A stretch of 64,000 nt of DNA from Candidatus Latescibacterota bacterium. Its GTDB lineage: Bacteria; Latescibacterota; UBA2968; UBA8231. Numbering within the stretch: position 1 is the stretch's first letter; every line of letters begins with the position of its first letter. The notes under the pieces were generated by a model. The model was not told the DNA's origin. It made no database searches and saw only the letters and a list, made by a program, of their open reading frames with translations. The translations under genes and the position numbers were made by a program. Where the stretch lies: positions 4,576,001 to 4,640,000 of the forward strand of contig OZ220089.1 of assembly GCA_964291625.2 (NCBI GenBank), read 5' to 3'. Shown here in pieces: positions 47,904-57,075 of the stretch.

Positions 47904-48962
47904 ATGCGCCTCGAAGACCTCGACTTCGACCTGCCCGAGGGGCTCGTAGCCCAGTACCCTTCCTCCCGCCGCGACGCATCGCGCCTGCTGGCCATCGATC
48001 GGGATGGCGGCAGCCGGCGCCATCTCCTCTTCCGACAGATTCCCGACCTGCTGTGCCCCGAGGACGTCCTCGTCGTCAACCAGAGCCGGGTGGTGGCCGC
48101 CCGCCTCAACGGACGCAAGGCGAGGACGGGGGGGCGCGTTCAGATCCTGCTCCTCGGCCGCGAGGAGGAGTGCTGGCTGGCCATGGCCCGGCCCCTGAGG
48201 GGACTGGCGCCGGGGGACCGCATCGACCTCGACGGCTCGCAGGAGTCCCTGGAAGTGGTCGGGCGGGTCGAGGACAGGATCCGCGTGCGTCTGCCCCGGG
48301 CGGGGGCAGGGGCGCCCGAGGACGATCCCACCGGTTTCAAGGTCCTCCTGCCGCTGCTGGAGCGGGCCGGCGAGGTGCCGCTGCCTCCCTACATCCGCAG
48401 GGAGGGCGAGCCCCTGGACCGGGACCGCTACCAGACCGTCTACGCCCGTGACCCGGGATCGATCGCCGCCCCCACGGCCGGACTGCACTTCACGGGCGAG
48501 CTGCTGGAACGCATCCGGTCGCTGGGTGTGGCGGTGGCGCACCTCGTCCTCCACGTCGGCCCCGGGACCTTCGAGACCATCCGCTGCGCCGACCCGCGGC
48601 GCCACCGCGTGGCGGCGGAGTACTACCGTCTGCCCGTCCAGACGGCCGAGGAGGTGAACCGGCGCCGCCGGGCGGGAGGCCGGGCGATCGCCGTGGGCAC
48701 CACGGCGGTGCGCGTCCTCGAGTCCGCCTGGGACGGCCGCGGCCTGCGGGCGGGAGAGGGCTGGACTGACCTCGTCATCAAACCTCCCCACCACTTCCGG
48801 GCGGTGGACGCCCTGATCACCAACTTCCACCGGCCGCGATCCAGCCTTCTCATGCTGGCCGCCGCCTTTGCCGGCCGCCACCGGCTGCTGGACGCCTACG
48901 CCGAAGCGGTGCGCAAGGAGTATCGCTTCCACAGCTATGGCGATGCCATGTTCATCGCCTGA
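47904..48962 (+). CDS. queA: S-adenosylmethionine:tRNA ribosyltransferase-isomerase
   Basis: Motifs DFDLPE..AQYP, PLPPYI, RYQTVYA, AAPTAGLHFT, LHVGPGTF, TNFH.P.S and SYGDAM. Confidence 0.96.
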   Translation: MRLEDLDFDLPEGLVAQYPSSRRDASRLLAIDRDGGSRRHLLFRQIPDLLCPEDVLVVNQSRVVAARLNGRKARTGGRVQILLLGREEECWLAMARPLRGLAPGDRIDLDGSQESLEVVGRVEDRIRVRLPRAGAGAPEDDPTGFKVLLPLLERAGEVPLPPYIRREGEPLDRDRYQTVYARDPGSIAAPTAGLHFTGELLERIRSLGVAVAHLVLHVGPGTFETIRCADPRRHRVAAEYYRLPVQTAEEVNRRRRAGGRAIAVGTTAVRVLESAWDGRGLRAGEGWTDLVIKPPHHFRAVDALITNFHRPRSSLLMLAAAFAGRHRLLDAYAEAVRKEYRFHSYGDAMFIA

Positions 48963-48963
48963 C

Positions 48964-50093
48964 ATGGCGACGGCCGCCGCCATCGTCCCCGCTGCCGGCC
49001 GGGGCCTCCGCATGGGCGAGGGGCCGGCCAAGCAGTACCGGCTGCTGGGCGGGCGCCCGATCCTCTGGCACACCCTGGCGCGCCTGCAGGCCAGCCCGAG
49101 GATCCGTCGGATCATCGCGGCCATCCACGGCGATGACGAGGAGCGCTTCGGGTGCATCTCCTCCGATCCCCTCCTCGACAAGCTCCAGGCTCCGGTCCTC
49201 GGCGGTTCCACGCGGTCGGAGTCGGTGCGGGCGGGGTTGGAGGCCCTCGGCGGCGAAGAGCTCGTCCTCGTGCACGACGCCGTGCGGCCGTGGGTGTCGA
49301 CGGACCTGATCGAGCGCATCGCGGCGGTGGCGGAGGAACACGGGGCCGCGGTGCCCGTCCTGCCGGTGACGGAGACGATCAAGGTCGTCGACGGCGGCCG
49401 GGTCCTGGAGTCCCCGGACCGCAGCCGTCTCTTCCGGGCCCAGACCCCCAGGGTTTCCGCCGCTCCCTGCTGGATGCGGCCTTTCGATCCCCCGCGCCGG
49501 GGCCGCAGCCGACGGACGAAGCCTCCATGCTGGAGCGGGCGGGGATCCCGGTGCACGTGGTGCGAGGAGAAGAGGCGAACGTGAAGATCACCCACCCCGA
49601 GGATCTCCGGATCGCCGCCGAGATGCGCACCGGGATCGGTTACGACGTGCACGCCTTCGCCGCCGGCCGGCCGCTGGTCCTCGGCGGCGTCACCATCCGG
49701 TCCGACCGGGGACTCCTGGGTCACTCGGACGCGGACGTCCTCACCCATGCCGTCATCGACGCCCTCCTGGGAGCCGCCGGCCTGGGGGACATCGGCCGCC
49801 TCTTCCCCGACGAAGACCCGGAGTACGAGGGCATATCCAGCCTCGTCCTGCTCGCCAGGGTGCGGGATCGCCTGCGGGCGGTGGCGGCGGAGGTCGTCAA
49901 CGTCGATGCCGTGGTCATGGCGCAGGCGCCGAAGCTGGCCCGCCACGCCGGCGCCATGGCCGAGGCCCTCGCCGGCGCCCTGGGGATCGATCCCGGCCGG
50001 ATCAGCGTCAAGGCGACGACCACCGAGCGTCTCGGGTTCGTCGGCCGGCAGGAGGGGATGGCGGCGCAGGCCGTGGCCTCGGTGCGGCTCTGA
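48964..50093 (+). CDS. ispDF: Bifunctional IspD/IspF (MEP pathway) with an apparent 1-nt frameshift at C run 49445-49449
   Basis: IspD motifs [19 protein letters not shown] and AQTP; in the shifted frame QGF...TDEAS...[10 protein letters not shown] runs straight into IspF motifs [22 protein letters not shown] and KATTTERLG. Confidence 0.88.
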
Positions 50094-50096
50094 CCC

Positions 50097-50741
50097 GTGG
50101 GGGAGTATTTCGAGCAGCTGGTGCAGCGGATCGGGGAGCTCCCGGCGCCCTGGGCCTATGCCGCCCTGGGCCTGAGCGCCTTCCTCGAGAACGTGCTGCC
50201 GCCGGTTCCGGGCGACATGGTGGTCGTGTTCTCCGCCTACCTGGCCGGCCGGGGGGTGCTCTCCTGGGTCCCGGTCTACGCCGTGACCTGCCTGGGGGGA
50301 ACGGCGGGGTTCCTGGTCATGTACGCCATCGGCCGGTCCCAGGGCCGCGGGATTCTCCATGGCGGCGGCTGGCGCGCCCGGGTATTCCCGGAGCGGCGGA
50401 TGCAGCGGGCGTCCCGGTGGCTGCAGCGCTACGGCGCCTGGCTCGTCCTCGGCAATCGGTTTCTCAGCGGCGTAAGGTCGGTCATCGCCATCAGCGCGGG
50501 CTTCGGGGGGCTGGGCTGGCCCACGGTGGCGGGGCTGGGCATGGTGAGCATGCTCCTGTGGAACGGCCTTCTCCTGTACGCGGGGATGGCCCTCGGGGAG
50601 AACTGGGACCGGGTCTCGGAGCTGCTTGCCCGGTACAACCGGGGGATGATGGTCCTGCTGGCCGCCGCCGCGGCCCTGGCCGGGCTACGCGTGTGGCTGC
50701 GGCGTCGTTCCATCATTGACAATCGGAACCGTTCGGGATAG
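50097..50741 (+). CDS. DedA family membrane protein
   Basis: Motifs [16 protein letters not shown] and [15 protein letters not shown]. Confidence 0.88.
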   Translation: MGEYFEQLVQRIGELPAPWAYAALGLSAFLENVLPPVPGDMVVVFSAYLAGRGVLSWVPVYAVTCLGGTAGFLVMYAIGRSQGRGILHGGGWRARVFPERRMQRASRWLQRYGAWLVLGNRFLSGVRSVIAISAGFGGLGWPTVAGLGMVSMLLWNGLLLYAGMALGENWDRVSELLARYNRGMMVLLAAAAALAGLRVWLRRRSIIDNRNRSG

Positions 50742-50744
50742 CTT
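50716..50744 (+). promoter_or_regulatory. Putative sigma70 promoter of the rplM operon (TTGACA-N17-TAGCTT)
   Basis: Consensus -35 and a 17-bp spacer upstream of rplM. Confidence 0.65.
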
Positions 50745-50818
50745 CACATGTTCCTTTCGAATTGCCGCGAGCAGCTGTCGCGCCTCCAATGCCGGGCTCT
50801 CAAAAGGTGGATCCGGAG

Positions 50819-51253
50819 TTGACGACACGGACCTATTCCCCGAAAGGGGCCGAGATCGAGAACCGCTGGTACCTGGTCGATGCCGAGGGCAAGACCCTCG
50901 GCCGACTGGCGACCCGGATCGCCCACTACCTGCGCGGCAAGCACAAGCCCGCCTATACGCCTCACCACGATATGGGAGACCACATCGTGGTCATCAACGC
51001 CGAGAAGATCCGCGTCACGGGCAACAAGGCCGAGCAGAAGGTCTACTACCGGCACACCGGCTATCCCGGCGGCATCCGCACCACCAGCTTCGCCCAGATG
51101 ATGGAGAAGCACCCGGAGCGCATTCTGCGCACGGCCGTCAGAGGCATGCTGCCCCGCACGCCCCTCGGCCGGCGCATGTTCAAGAAACTGAGGGTCTACG
51201 TCGGCGGCGAGCACGGCCACGGGGCCCAGCAACCCGAAGTGCTCGACCTCTAG
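50819..51253 (+). CDS. rplM: 50S ribosomal protein L13
   Basis: [35 protein letters not shown] and GMLP; TTG start inferred. Confidence 0.97.
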   Translation: MTTRTYSPKGAEIENRWYLVDAEGKTLGRLATRIAHYLRGKHKPAYTPHHDMGDHIVVINAEKIRVTGNKAEQKVYYRHTGYPGGIRTTSFAQMMEKHPERILRTAVRGMLPRTPLGRRMFKKLRVYVGGEHGHGAQQPEVLDL

Positions 51254-51274
51254 GTCGGAACGCGTCGAGGAATC

Positions 51275-51670
51275 ATGGCTGAGGAACACAGGTTCGAAGC
51301 GACAGGACGCCGCAAGACCTCCGTGGCGAGAGTGCGGTTGCACCCCGGGTCCGGGCAGATCCTGATCAACGGCCGCCGCGTCGAGGACTACCTGAGGCGC
51401 GACGCTCTCGAGATGATCATGGTCCAGCCCTTGCAGGTGACGGAATCGCGTGACAAGTTCGACATCCACATCAGCAGCCAGGGCGGCGGCCTGCGCGGTC
51501 AGGCAGGCGCCATGTCCCTCGGAATCGCCCGTGCCCTGGTGGCGTACGACCCCACCATGCGGACGACCCTGAAGAAGGCCGGCTTCCTGACTCGCGATCC
51601 CCGCGAGAAGGAACGCAAGAAGTACGGACTCGCCGGCGCCCGAAAGCGCTTCCAGTTCTCCAAGAGATAG
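51275..51670 (+). CDS. rpsI: 30S ribosomal protein S9
   Basis: TGRRKTSVARV, GGG..GQAGA and TRDPR.KERKKYG..GARK.FQFSKR. Confidence 0.98.
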   Translation: MAEEHRFEATGRRKTSVARVRLHPGSGQILINGRRVEDYLRRDALEMIMVQPLQVTESRDKFDIHISSQGGGLRGQAGAMSLGIARALVAYDPTMRTTLKKAGFLTRDPREKERKKYGLAGARKRFQFSKR

Positions 51671-51729
51671 GCGCGCCGCCGGCGAGCCGGGTGGAAGCCT
51701 CAACCAGCTCCCCAGGAGACGACTCCTCC

Positions 51730-52488
51730 ATGACAGAAGTGAGCCTCCGCGATCTGCTCGAGGCGGGCACCCATTTCGGCCACCAGACCCGCCGCTGGGA
51801 TCCGAAGATGAAGCCCTTCATCTTCACCGAGCGCAACGGCATCCACATCGTCGATCTCAACAAGACGGTAAAGCGCCTCCAAGAGGCCACCGACGCCGTG
51901 CGCCGCACGGCGCAGCAGGGGCGGGCGGTGCTCTTCGTCGGCACCAAGAAGCAGGCCGTGGACGTCATCCGGTCCGAGGCCGAGCGCTGCGGCATGTTCT
52001 ACGTCACCGAGCGCTGGCTCGGCGGCATGCTGACCAACTGGCAGACGATCCGGCAGAACATCCGCCACCTGGACCACCTCGACCGCATCGCCGGCGACGG
52101 CACCTACGAGAAGCTCAAGAAGAAGGAGGTCCTGCTCCTGGAGAAGGAGCGGACCCGGATGGTCAGGACCCTGGAAGGGATCCGCAGAATGAACGGCATT
52201 CCGGGGCTCATCTACATCATCGACATCCGCAAGGAGCGGCTGGCCATGGCCGAGGCGCGCAAGCTCGGCATCCCCTCCGTGGCGATCGTCGACACCAACT
52301 GCGACCCCGAGGCGGTGACATACCCCGTGCCGGGGAACGACGATGCCATCCGTTCGATCGAGCTCATCACGCGCGCCGTGGCTGACGCGGTCATCGAGGG
52401 GAGCGCCGCCGCCGACAAGGGCCGGGGCGCCCGTACCGAAGAAGACGAGCCGGCCGCAGCGCCCGCCGAAGCCGCGACCTCCGCCTGA
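51730..52488 (+). CDS. rpsB: 30S ribosomal protein S2
   Basis: LLEAGTHFGHQT, LFVGTK, RWLGGMLTN, DTNCDP and PGNDDAIRS. Confidence 0.98.
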   Translation: MTEVSLRDLLEAGTHFGHQTRRWDPKMKPFIFTERNGIHIVDLNKTVKRLQEATDAVRRTAQQGRAVLFVGTKKQAVDVIRSEAERCGMFYVTERWLGGMLTNWQTIRQNIRHLDHLDRIAGDGTYEKLKKKEVLLLEKERTRMVRTLEGIRRMNGIPGLIYIIDIRKERLAMAEARKLGIPSVAIVDTNCDPEAVTYPVPGNDDAIRSIELITRAVADAVIEGSAAADKGRGARTEEDEPAAAPAEAATSA

Positions 52489-52526
52489 GGGGCGTCCGGA
52501 GACCTGGAAGGGAGGCAGGAACAACC

Positions 52527-53126
<600 letters not shown>

Positions 53127-53159
53127 GTCCGGAGCCTGCCGTCGACGGCGCCCGATGAC

Positions 53160-53720
53160 ATGCTAGAAGAGATCTTCGACGAGGTTCGGCAGGCGATGGA
53201 AAACGCCATCGCCGCCCTGTTGCGGGATCTCGCCGGCATCCGCACGGGTCGCGCCACCGTCTCCCTTCTGGACGGGATCCGGATCGACTACTACGGCACG
53301 CCCACACCCCTGAACCAACTCGCCTCCATCAGCGCCCCGGAGCCGCGCCTGCTCACCGTCCGGCCCTACGAGCAGAGCCTCATCGATCCCGTTGAGAAGG
53401 CGATTCGCGCCGAGGCCTCTCTTGGCCTCAATCCCAGCAACGACGGCCAGATCATCCGCCTGCCGATCCCCGAGCTGACCGAGGAGCGCCGGATCCAGTT
53501 GACCCGGGTCGCCCGAAACCGGGCCGAGGAGGGGCGGGTGGCCGTGCGCCACGCCCGTCGGGACGGGCTGGACCTGATCGACGAGGCCAGGAAAGAGGGG
53601 GAGATTTCCGAGGACGAGGCGAGGCAGGGCCACGCCCGCATCCAGACCCTTACCGACGACTTCGTCAAGAAGGTGGACGAGACCATCAGGAACAAAGAGA
53701 CGGAGATCATGGAGGTCTGA
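53160..53720 (+). CDS. frr: Ribosome recycling factor
   Basis: IRTGRA, YYG.PTPLNQLA, LNPSNDG, PELTEERR and KETEIMEV. Confidence 0.97.
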   Translation: MLEEIFDEVRQAMENAIAALLRDLAGIRTGRATVSLLDGIRIDYYGTPTPLNQLASISAPEPRLLTVRPYEQSLIDPVEKAIRAEASLGLNPSNDGQIIRLPIPELTEERRIQLTRVARNRAEEGRVAVRHARRDGLDLIDEARKEGEISEDEARQGHARIQTLTDDFVKKVDETIRNKETEIMEV

Positions 53721-53745
53721 CCTGAGCATGTCCTCGGCGGTCCCC

Positions 53746-53777
53746 GGGCGATGCGGCACCGCCGCGTCGCCCTTTTT
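53746..53777 (+). terminator. Rho-independent terminator after frr
   Basis: GGGCGATGCGGC-acc-GCCGCGTCGCCC followed by TTTTT. Confidence 0.85.
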
Positions 53778-53930
53778 GCGCTCGCTGGTGAGGACTGATG
53801 TGCTCGGGGAGACCGCATGGCTCGCGATGAACGGGACCAGAGACAGCCTGAGGAGTGACGCGCAGGACGAAGGCAGCCACTGCGCGCTTTCGAGGCTCCC
53901 GAGAGTTGCAGCAGGCGAGGCCGCGTCGCC

Positions 53931-54815
53931 GTGATCGCCCCTCTCCTGCGCTCTGCGAGGCCCCGGCAGTGGGTGAAGAACCTGTTCGTTCTCGCCGCTC
54001 TCGTGTTCTCGGGGCACCTCCTGGATGCGGACTTCGCGCTCAACGCCCTGGCGGCGGCCCTGGCCTTCCTGCTCAGCAGCGCCTCCGTGTACCTGATCAA
54101 CGACGTGGCGGACGCGCATCGTGACCGGCTGCATCCGCAGAAGGCCCGGCGCCCCGTGGCCAGCGGCGCTCTCCCTCCCCGAGTGGCCGTCGGGGCGGCG
54201 GCGGTGCTCCTGGTGGGGAGCCTCGCGGGATCCTGGTTCCTGCAGCCCGCTTTCGCCGCCGTCATCGCCATCTACGCGGCCCTCAACCTCGCCTACTCCC
54301 TCGGGCTCAAGGACGCCTTCCTGGTGGACATTCTGATCGTGGCCGCCGGGTTCTTCCTCCGGGCCATGGGCGGCGCCGTGGCCATCGACGTGGCCATCTC
54401 CACCTGGTTCATCCTCTGCACCTGCACCCTCACTCTGTTCCTGGCCGCCGGCAAACGCCGCGGCGAGCTCGACCTGTTGCGGGAGGAGGCCGCCGGTCAT
54501 CGACCGGCCCTGGCGGCGTACGGGATCCCCTTCCTCGACCAGGTCATCGGAGTGCTGGCGTCGGCGACCATCGTCTGCTACGCCTTGTACGCAACCGGAG
54601 TCGGCGAGGGGGGACTCTCCGCCGGTCACCGGATGCAATGGACGATCCCCCTGGTGCTCTACGGGGTGCTGCGCTACCTCTATCTCGTTCACCGCAACGA
54701 GGCTGGAGCGGATCCGACGGCCCTGCTGTGGCACGACCGGCCCCTGCAGCTGGCCCTGGCCCTGTGGGCGGGACTTAGCCTGGCCCTGCTGTATGGAGTG
54801 GAACCGGCCGGATGA
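53931..54815 (+). CDS. UbiA family prenyltransferase (decaprenyl-phosphate phosphoribosyltransferase-like)
   Basis: RPRQWVKNLFV, YLINDVAD...DRLHP.K..RPVASG, YSLGLK and KRRGEL. Confidence 0.88.
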   Translation: MIAPLLRSARPRQWVKNLFVLAALVFSGHLLDADFALNALAAALAFLLSSASVYLINDVADAHRDRLHPQKARRPVASGALPPRVAVGAAAVLLVGSLAGSWFLQPAFAAVIAIYAALNLAYSLGLKDAFLVDILIVAAGFFLRAMGGAVAIDVAISTWFILCTCTLTLFLAAGKRRGELDLLREEAAGHRPALAAYGIPFLDQVIGVLASATIVCYALYATGVGEGGLSAGHRMQWTIPLVLYGVLRYLYLVHRNEAGADPTALLWHDRPLQLALALWAGLSLALLYGVEPAG

Positions 54816-54831
54816 AGGCCTCCGGGCTCCC

Positions 54832-54860
54832 TTGACGGCCCGTCCACGGCTCGTCAGAAT
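54832..54860 (+). promoter_or_regulatory. Putative promoter for cfa (TTGACG-N17-CAGAAT)
   Basis: Near-consensus hexamers with a 17-bp spacer. Confidence 0.4.
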
Positions 54861-54944
54861 CAGGTGGCCGGCGCGCGGGATCGACCCGGTCCGGCCCCAT
54901 GCGACGCCAGCCGTTTTGTCGGCGCTAGGTGCGCCGTTGCCGCC

Positions 54945-56126
54945 ATGAACGCTGACGATCCCAACGAGCAGTCCCCTCCGGGACGGGTTTCGGCAGATCC
55001 GAGGCCCCTCCTCTCCCGCCTCAACCCCCGTCGATTCGTCATCGGCCGGCTGGCCACGGTCGATGTCGGCGTCGACGGCAGGCGGGACTGGGACCTGCAG
55101 GTGCACGATGACCGGTTCTACGGCCGGTTGCTGCGTGCGGGCTCATTGGGGATGGGCGAGAGCTACATGGACGGCTGGTGGGACTGCCGCCGCCTCGACG
55201 AGATGATCCACCGGATCCTGCGGGGAGGTCTGAAGGAGAGCGCCAGAAGCTGGTCCCGCGTCGGTGCCAGCCTGCGGGCTTCCTTCGTCAACCTGCAAAG
55301 CGTCTCCCGCGCCTTTCAGGTCGGGCAGCGCCACTACGACATCGGCGAGGACCTGTTCCGGCGCATGCTCGACCAGCGCATGATCTACAGCTGTGCGTAC
55401 TGGAATGAGGCCGATGATCTCGACGCCGCCCAGGAGGCAAAGCTCGACCTCATCTGCCGGAAGCTGGGTCTGCGGCCGGGCATGAAGGTGCTCGACATCG
55501 GCTGTGGCTGGGGGGGGACGCTGCAGTATGCCGCCGAGCGCTACGGCGTCGAAGGCGTGGGCGTCACTATCTCACGGGACCAGGCGGAGCATGCGCGCCG
55601 GCGGTGCGACGGTCTGCCGATCGAGATCCGGCTTCAGGACTACCGCGAGTTGGAGGGGCCCTTCGATCGCGTCCTGTCCGTGGGCATGTTCGAGCACGTG
55701 GGCGTGAGGAACTACCGGGTCTTCATGCAGGTCGTGCGCCGCTGTCTCGCTACGGACGGGCTGTTCCTGTTGCACACCATCGGCAGCAACCGTTCCAACC
55801 TGGCCGGCGACGTCTGGATCGACCGCTACATCTTTCCGAATGCGAAGCTGCCTTCCGTCCGACAGATCGCCGAGGCGGCGGAGGGTCTGTTCGTACTCGA
55901 GGACTGGCACAACATCGGCGCCAACTACGATCCCACCCTGATGGCCTGGCACGCCAACCTCGAGCCCCGGTGGGACGAGATTCCGCACTACGACGAACGG
56001 TTCAGACGGATGTGGCGCTACTACCTGCTCGCCTGCGCGGGGTCCTTCCGGGCGCGGCGGAACCAGGTGTGGCAGATCGTCCTGTCCCCGGGGGGCGTGA
56101 CCAGCGGGTACCGGGGGCAACGCTGA
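54945..56126 (+). CDS. cfa: Cyclopropane-fatty-acyl-phospholipid synthase
   Basis: GESYMDGWW, HYDIG, YSCAYW, AQEAKL, LDIGCGWG, SVGMFEHVG and RMWRYYL..CAG.F. Confidence 0.93.
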   Translation: MNADDPNEQSPPGRVSADPRPLLSRLNPRRFVIGRLATVDVGVDGRRDWDLQVHDDRFYGRLLRAGSLGMGESYMDGWWDCRRLDEMIHRILRGGLKESARSWSRVGASLRASFVNLQSVSRAFQVGQRHYDIGEDLFRRMLDQRMIYSCAYWNEADDLDAAQEAKLDLICRKLGLRPGMKVLDIGCGWGGTLQYAAERYGVEGVGVTISRDQAEHARRRCDGLPIEIRLQDYRELEGPFDRVLSVGMFEHVGVRNYRVFMQVVRRCLATDGLFLLHTIGSNRSNLAGDVWIDRYIFPNAKLPSVRQIAEAAEGLFVLEDWHNIGANYDPTLMAWHANLEPRWDEIPHYDERFRRMWRYYLLACAGSFRARRNQVWQIVLSPGGVTSGYRGQR

Positions 56127-56165
56127 GCCGCGACGGTCCCCTGTCGCCGATGCGAGGCCTGGGAG

Positions 56166-56241
56166 TGGTGGAGCAGATCGGGATCGAACCGACGACCTCA
56201 GGCTTGCAAAGCCCGCGCTCTCCCAACTGAGCTACTGCCCC
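56166..56241 (-). tRNA. tRNA-Ala (anticodon TGC)
   Basis: Minus strand GGGGCAGTAGCTCAGTTGGGAGAGCGCGGGCTTTGCAAGCCTGAGGTCGTCGGTTCGATCCCGATCTGCTCCACCA: cloverleaf, G3:U70 identity pair, encoded CCA. Confidence 0.97.
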
Positions 56242-56260
56242 GTCCGGCTTGCCGCATTCG

Positions 56261-56289
56261 ACAATAGCCATGGGTGCAAAGAGCGTCAA
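56261..56289 (-). promoter_or_regulatory. Putative sigma70 promoter of tRNA-Ala (TTGACG-N17-TATTGT)
   Basis: Hexamers with a 17-bp spacer about 20 nt upstream of the tRNA. Confidence 0.65.
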
Positions 56290-56375
56290 TCGTGGACGAT
56301 TAGCCGGGACGCCGGGACGAACGGAGGTTCGCATGCGGGGGCCAGGCCTGACTTGCCGCGCCCCCGCGGCGCTCC

Positions 56376-56801
56376 TCAGGCCGCCAGTTCGAGCTCTTCG
56401 CCCTCCTCCTCCGCGACCTCCTCGGCCACGTCCTGAACGTCTCCGTTGACGGCGGAAGCGCGCTCGAGGATCTGCAGGTTGCGCACCTGCACCTCGACGA
56501 TGGTGTGGGAGTTCTCCTCCTCGTCCCGCCAACTGTTGCTCTTCAGGCGTCCGCTGAGGAACACGGGGGTGCCCTTGTGCAGTCGGTCGGCCATGCGCTC
56601 GGCGAGCTGCCCCCACATGACGATCTGGAAGAACGAGGCCTCGTCCTGCCACTCGTCGTTGCGGTCGCGGTAGGCGCGGTTGACGGCGATCCGAGCCGTG
56701 AGCCGGCCGAACCCGCCTTCGGTGATTCGGAACTCCGGATCCTGCGTCAACCGGCCGGCAAGGGCAACCTGGTTGATGGACGGCATCTTCAAGTCGGACA
56801 T
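56376..56801 (-). CDS. ssb: Single-stranded DNA-binding protein (no DDIPF tail)
   Basis: INQVALAGRLTQDPE, AVNR.Y, W..LAE, KG..V...GRL and W; GGAGG RBS before ATG 56801. Confidence 0.9.
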   Translation of the reverse strand: MSDLKMPSINQVALAGRLTQDPEFRITEGGFGRLTARIAVNRAYRDRNDEWQDEASFFQIVMWGQLAERMADRLHKGTPVFLSGRLKSNSWRDEEENSHTIVEVQVRNLQILERASAVNGDVQDVAEEVAEEEGEELELAA

Positions 56802-57075
56802 GACATCCTCCAAGTGGTGGTGGTGGGGACAGGTCGAGCGGGGCCGACCCGTGAACGGACCCTGGTGATGCACGACTCGTGCCAGGGCGGGTCGACGGTT
56901 CCATCTCGTTGGACCGCAGTCGACTGCGACCTCACGCTCCCGGCCGGGGGGGCGGGCGTGCGTGTGGCCTGACGGTGACGGCCCCGGGAACCGTGGCACC
57001 CGCTGGCATCTGCGGGGGACGCAGCCGTCATGCGGTCCGATTGTCCCGTACCAAGCCGCTCGTTAGATTCCGCCC

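Noticed and set aside
53859-53886. SRP RNA (CAGG...GAAG..GCAGCCA resemblance)
   Set aside because: It lacks the GNRA-capped helix 8 geometry; kept only as a generic structured-RNA candidate.
56100-56241. tRNA-Ala as an integration site for a genomic island
   Set aside because: No integrase, no duplicated tRNA 3' end and no obvious compositional shift were seen in the window.
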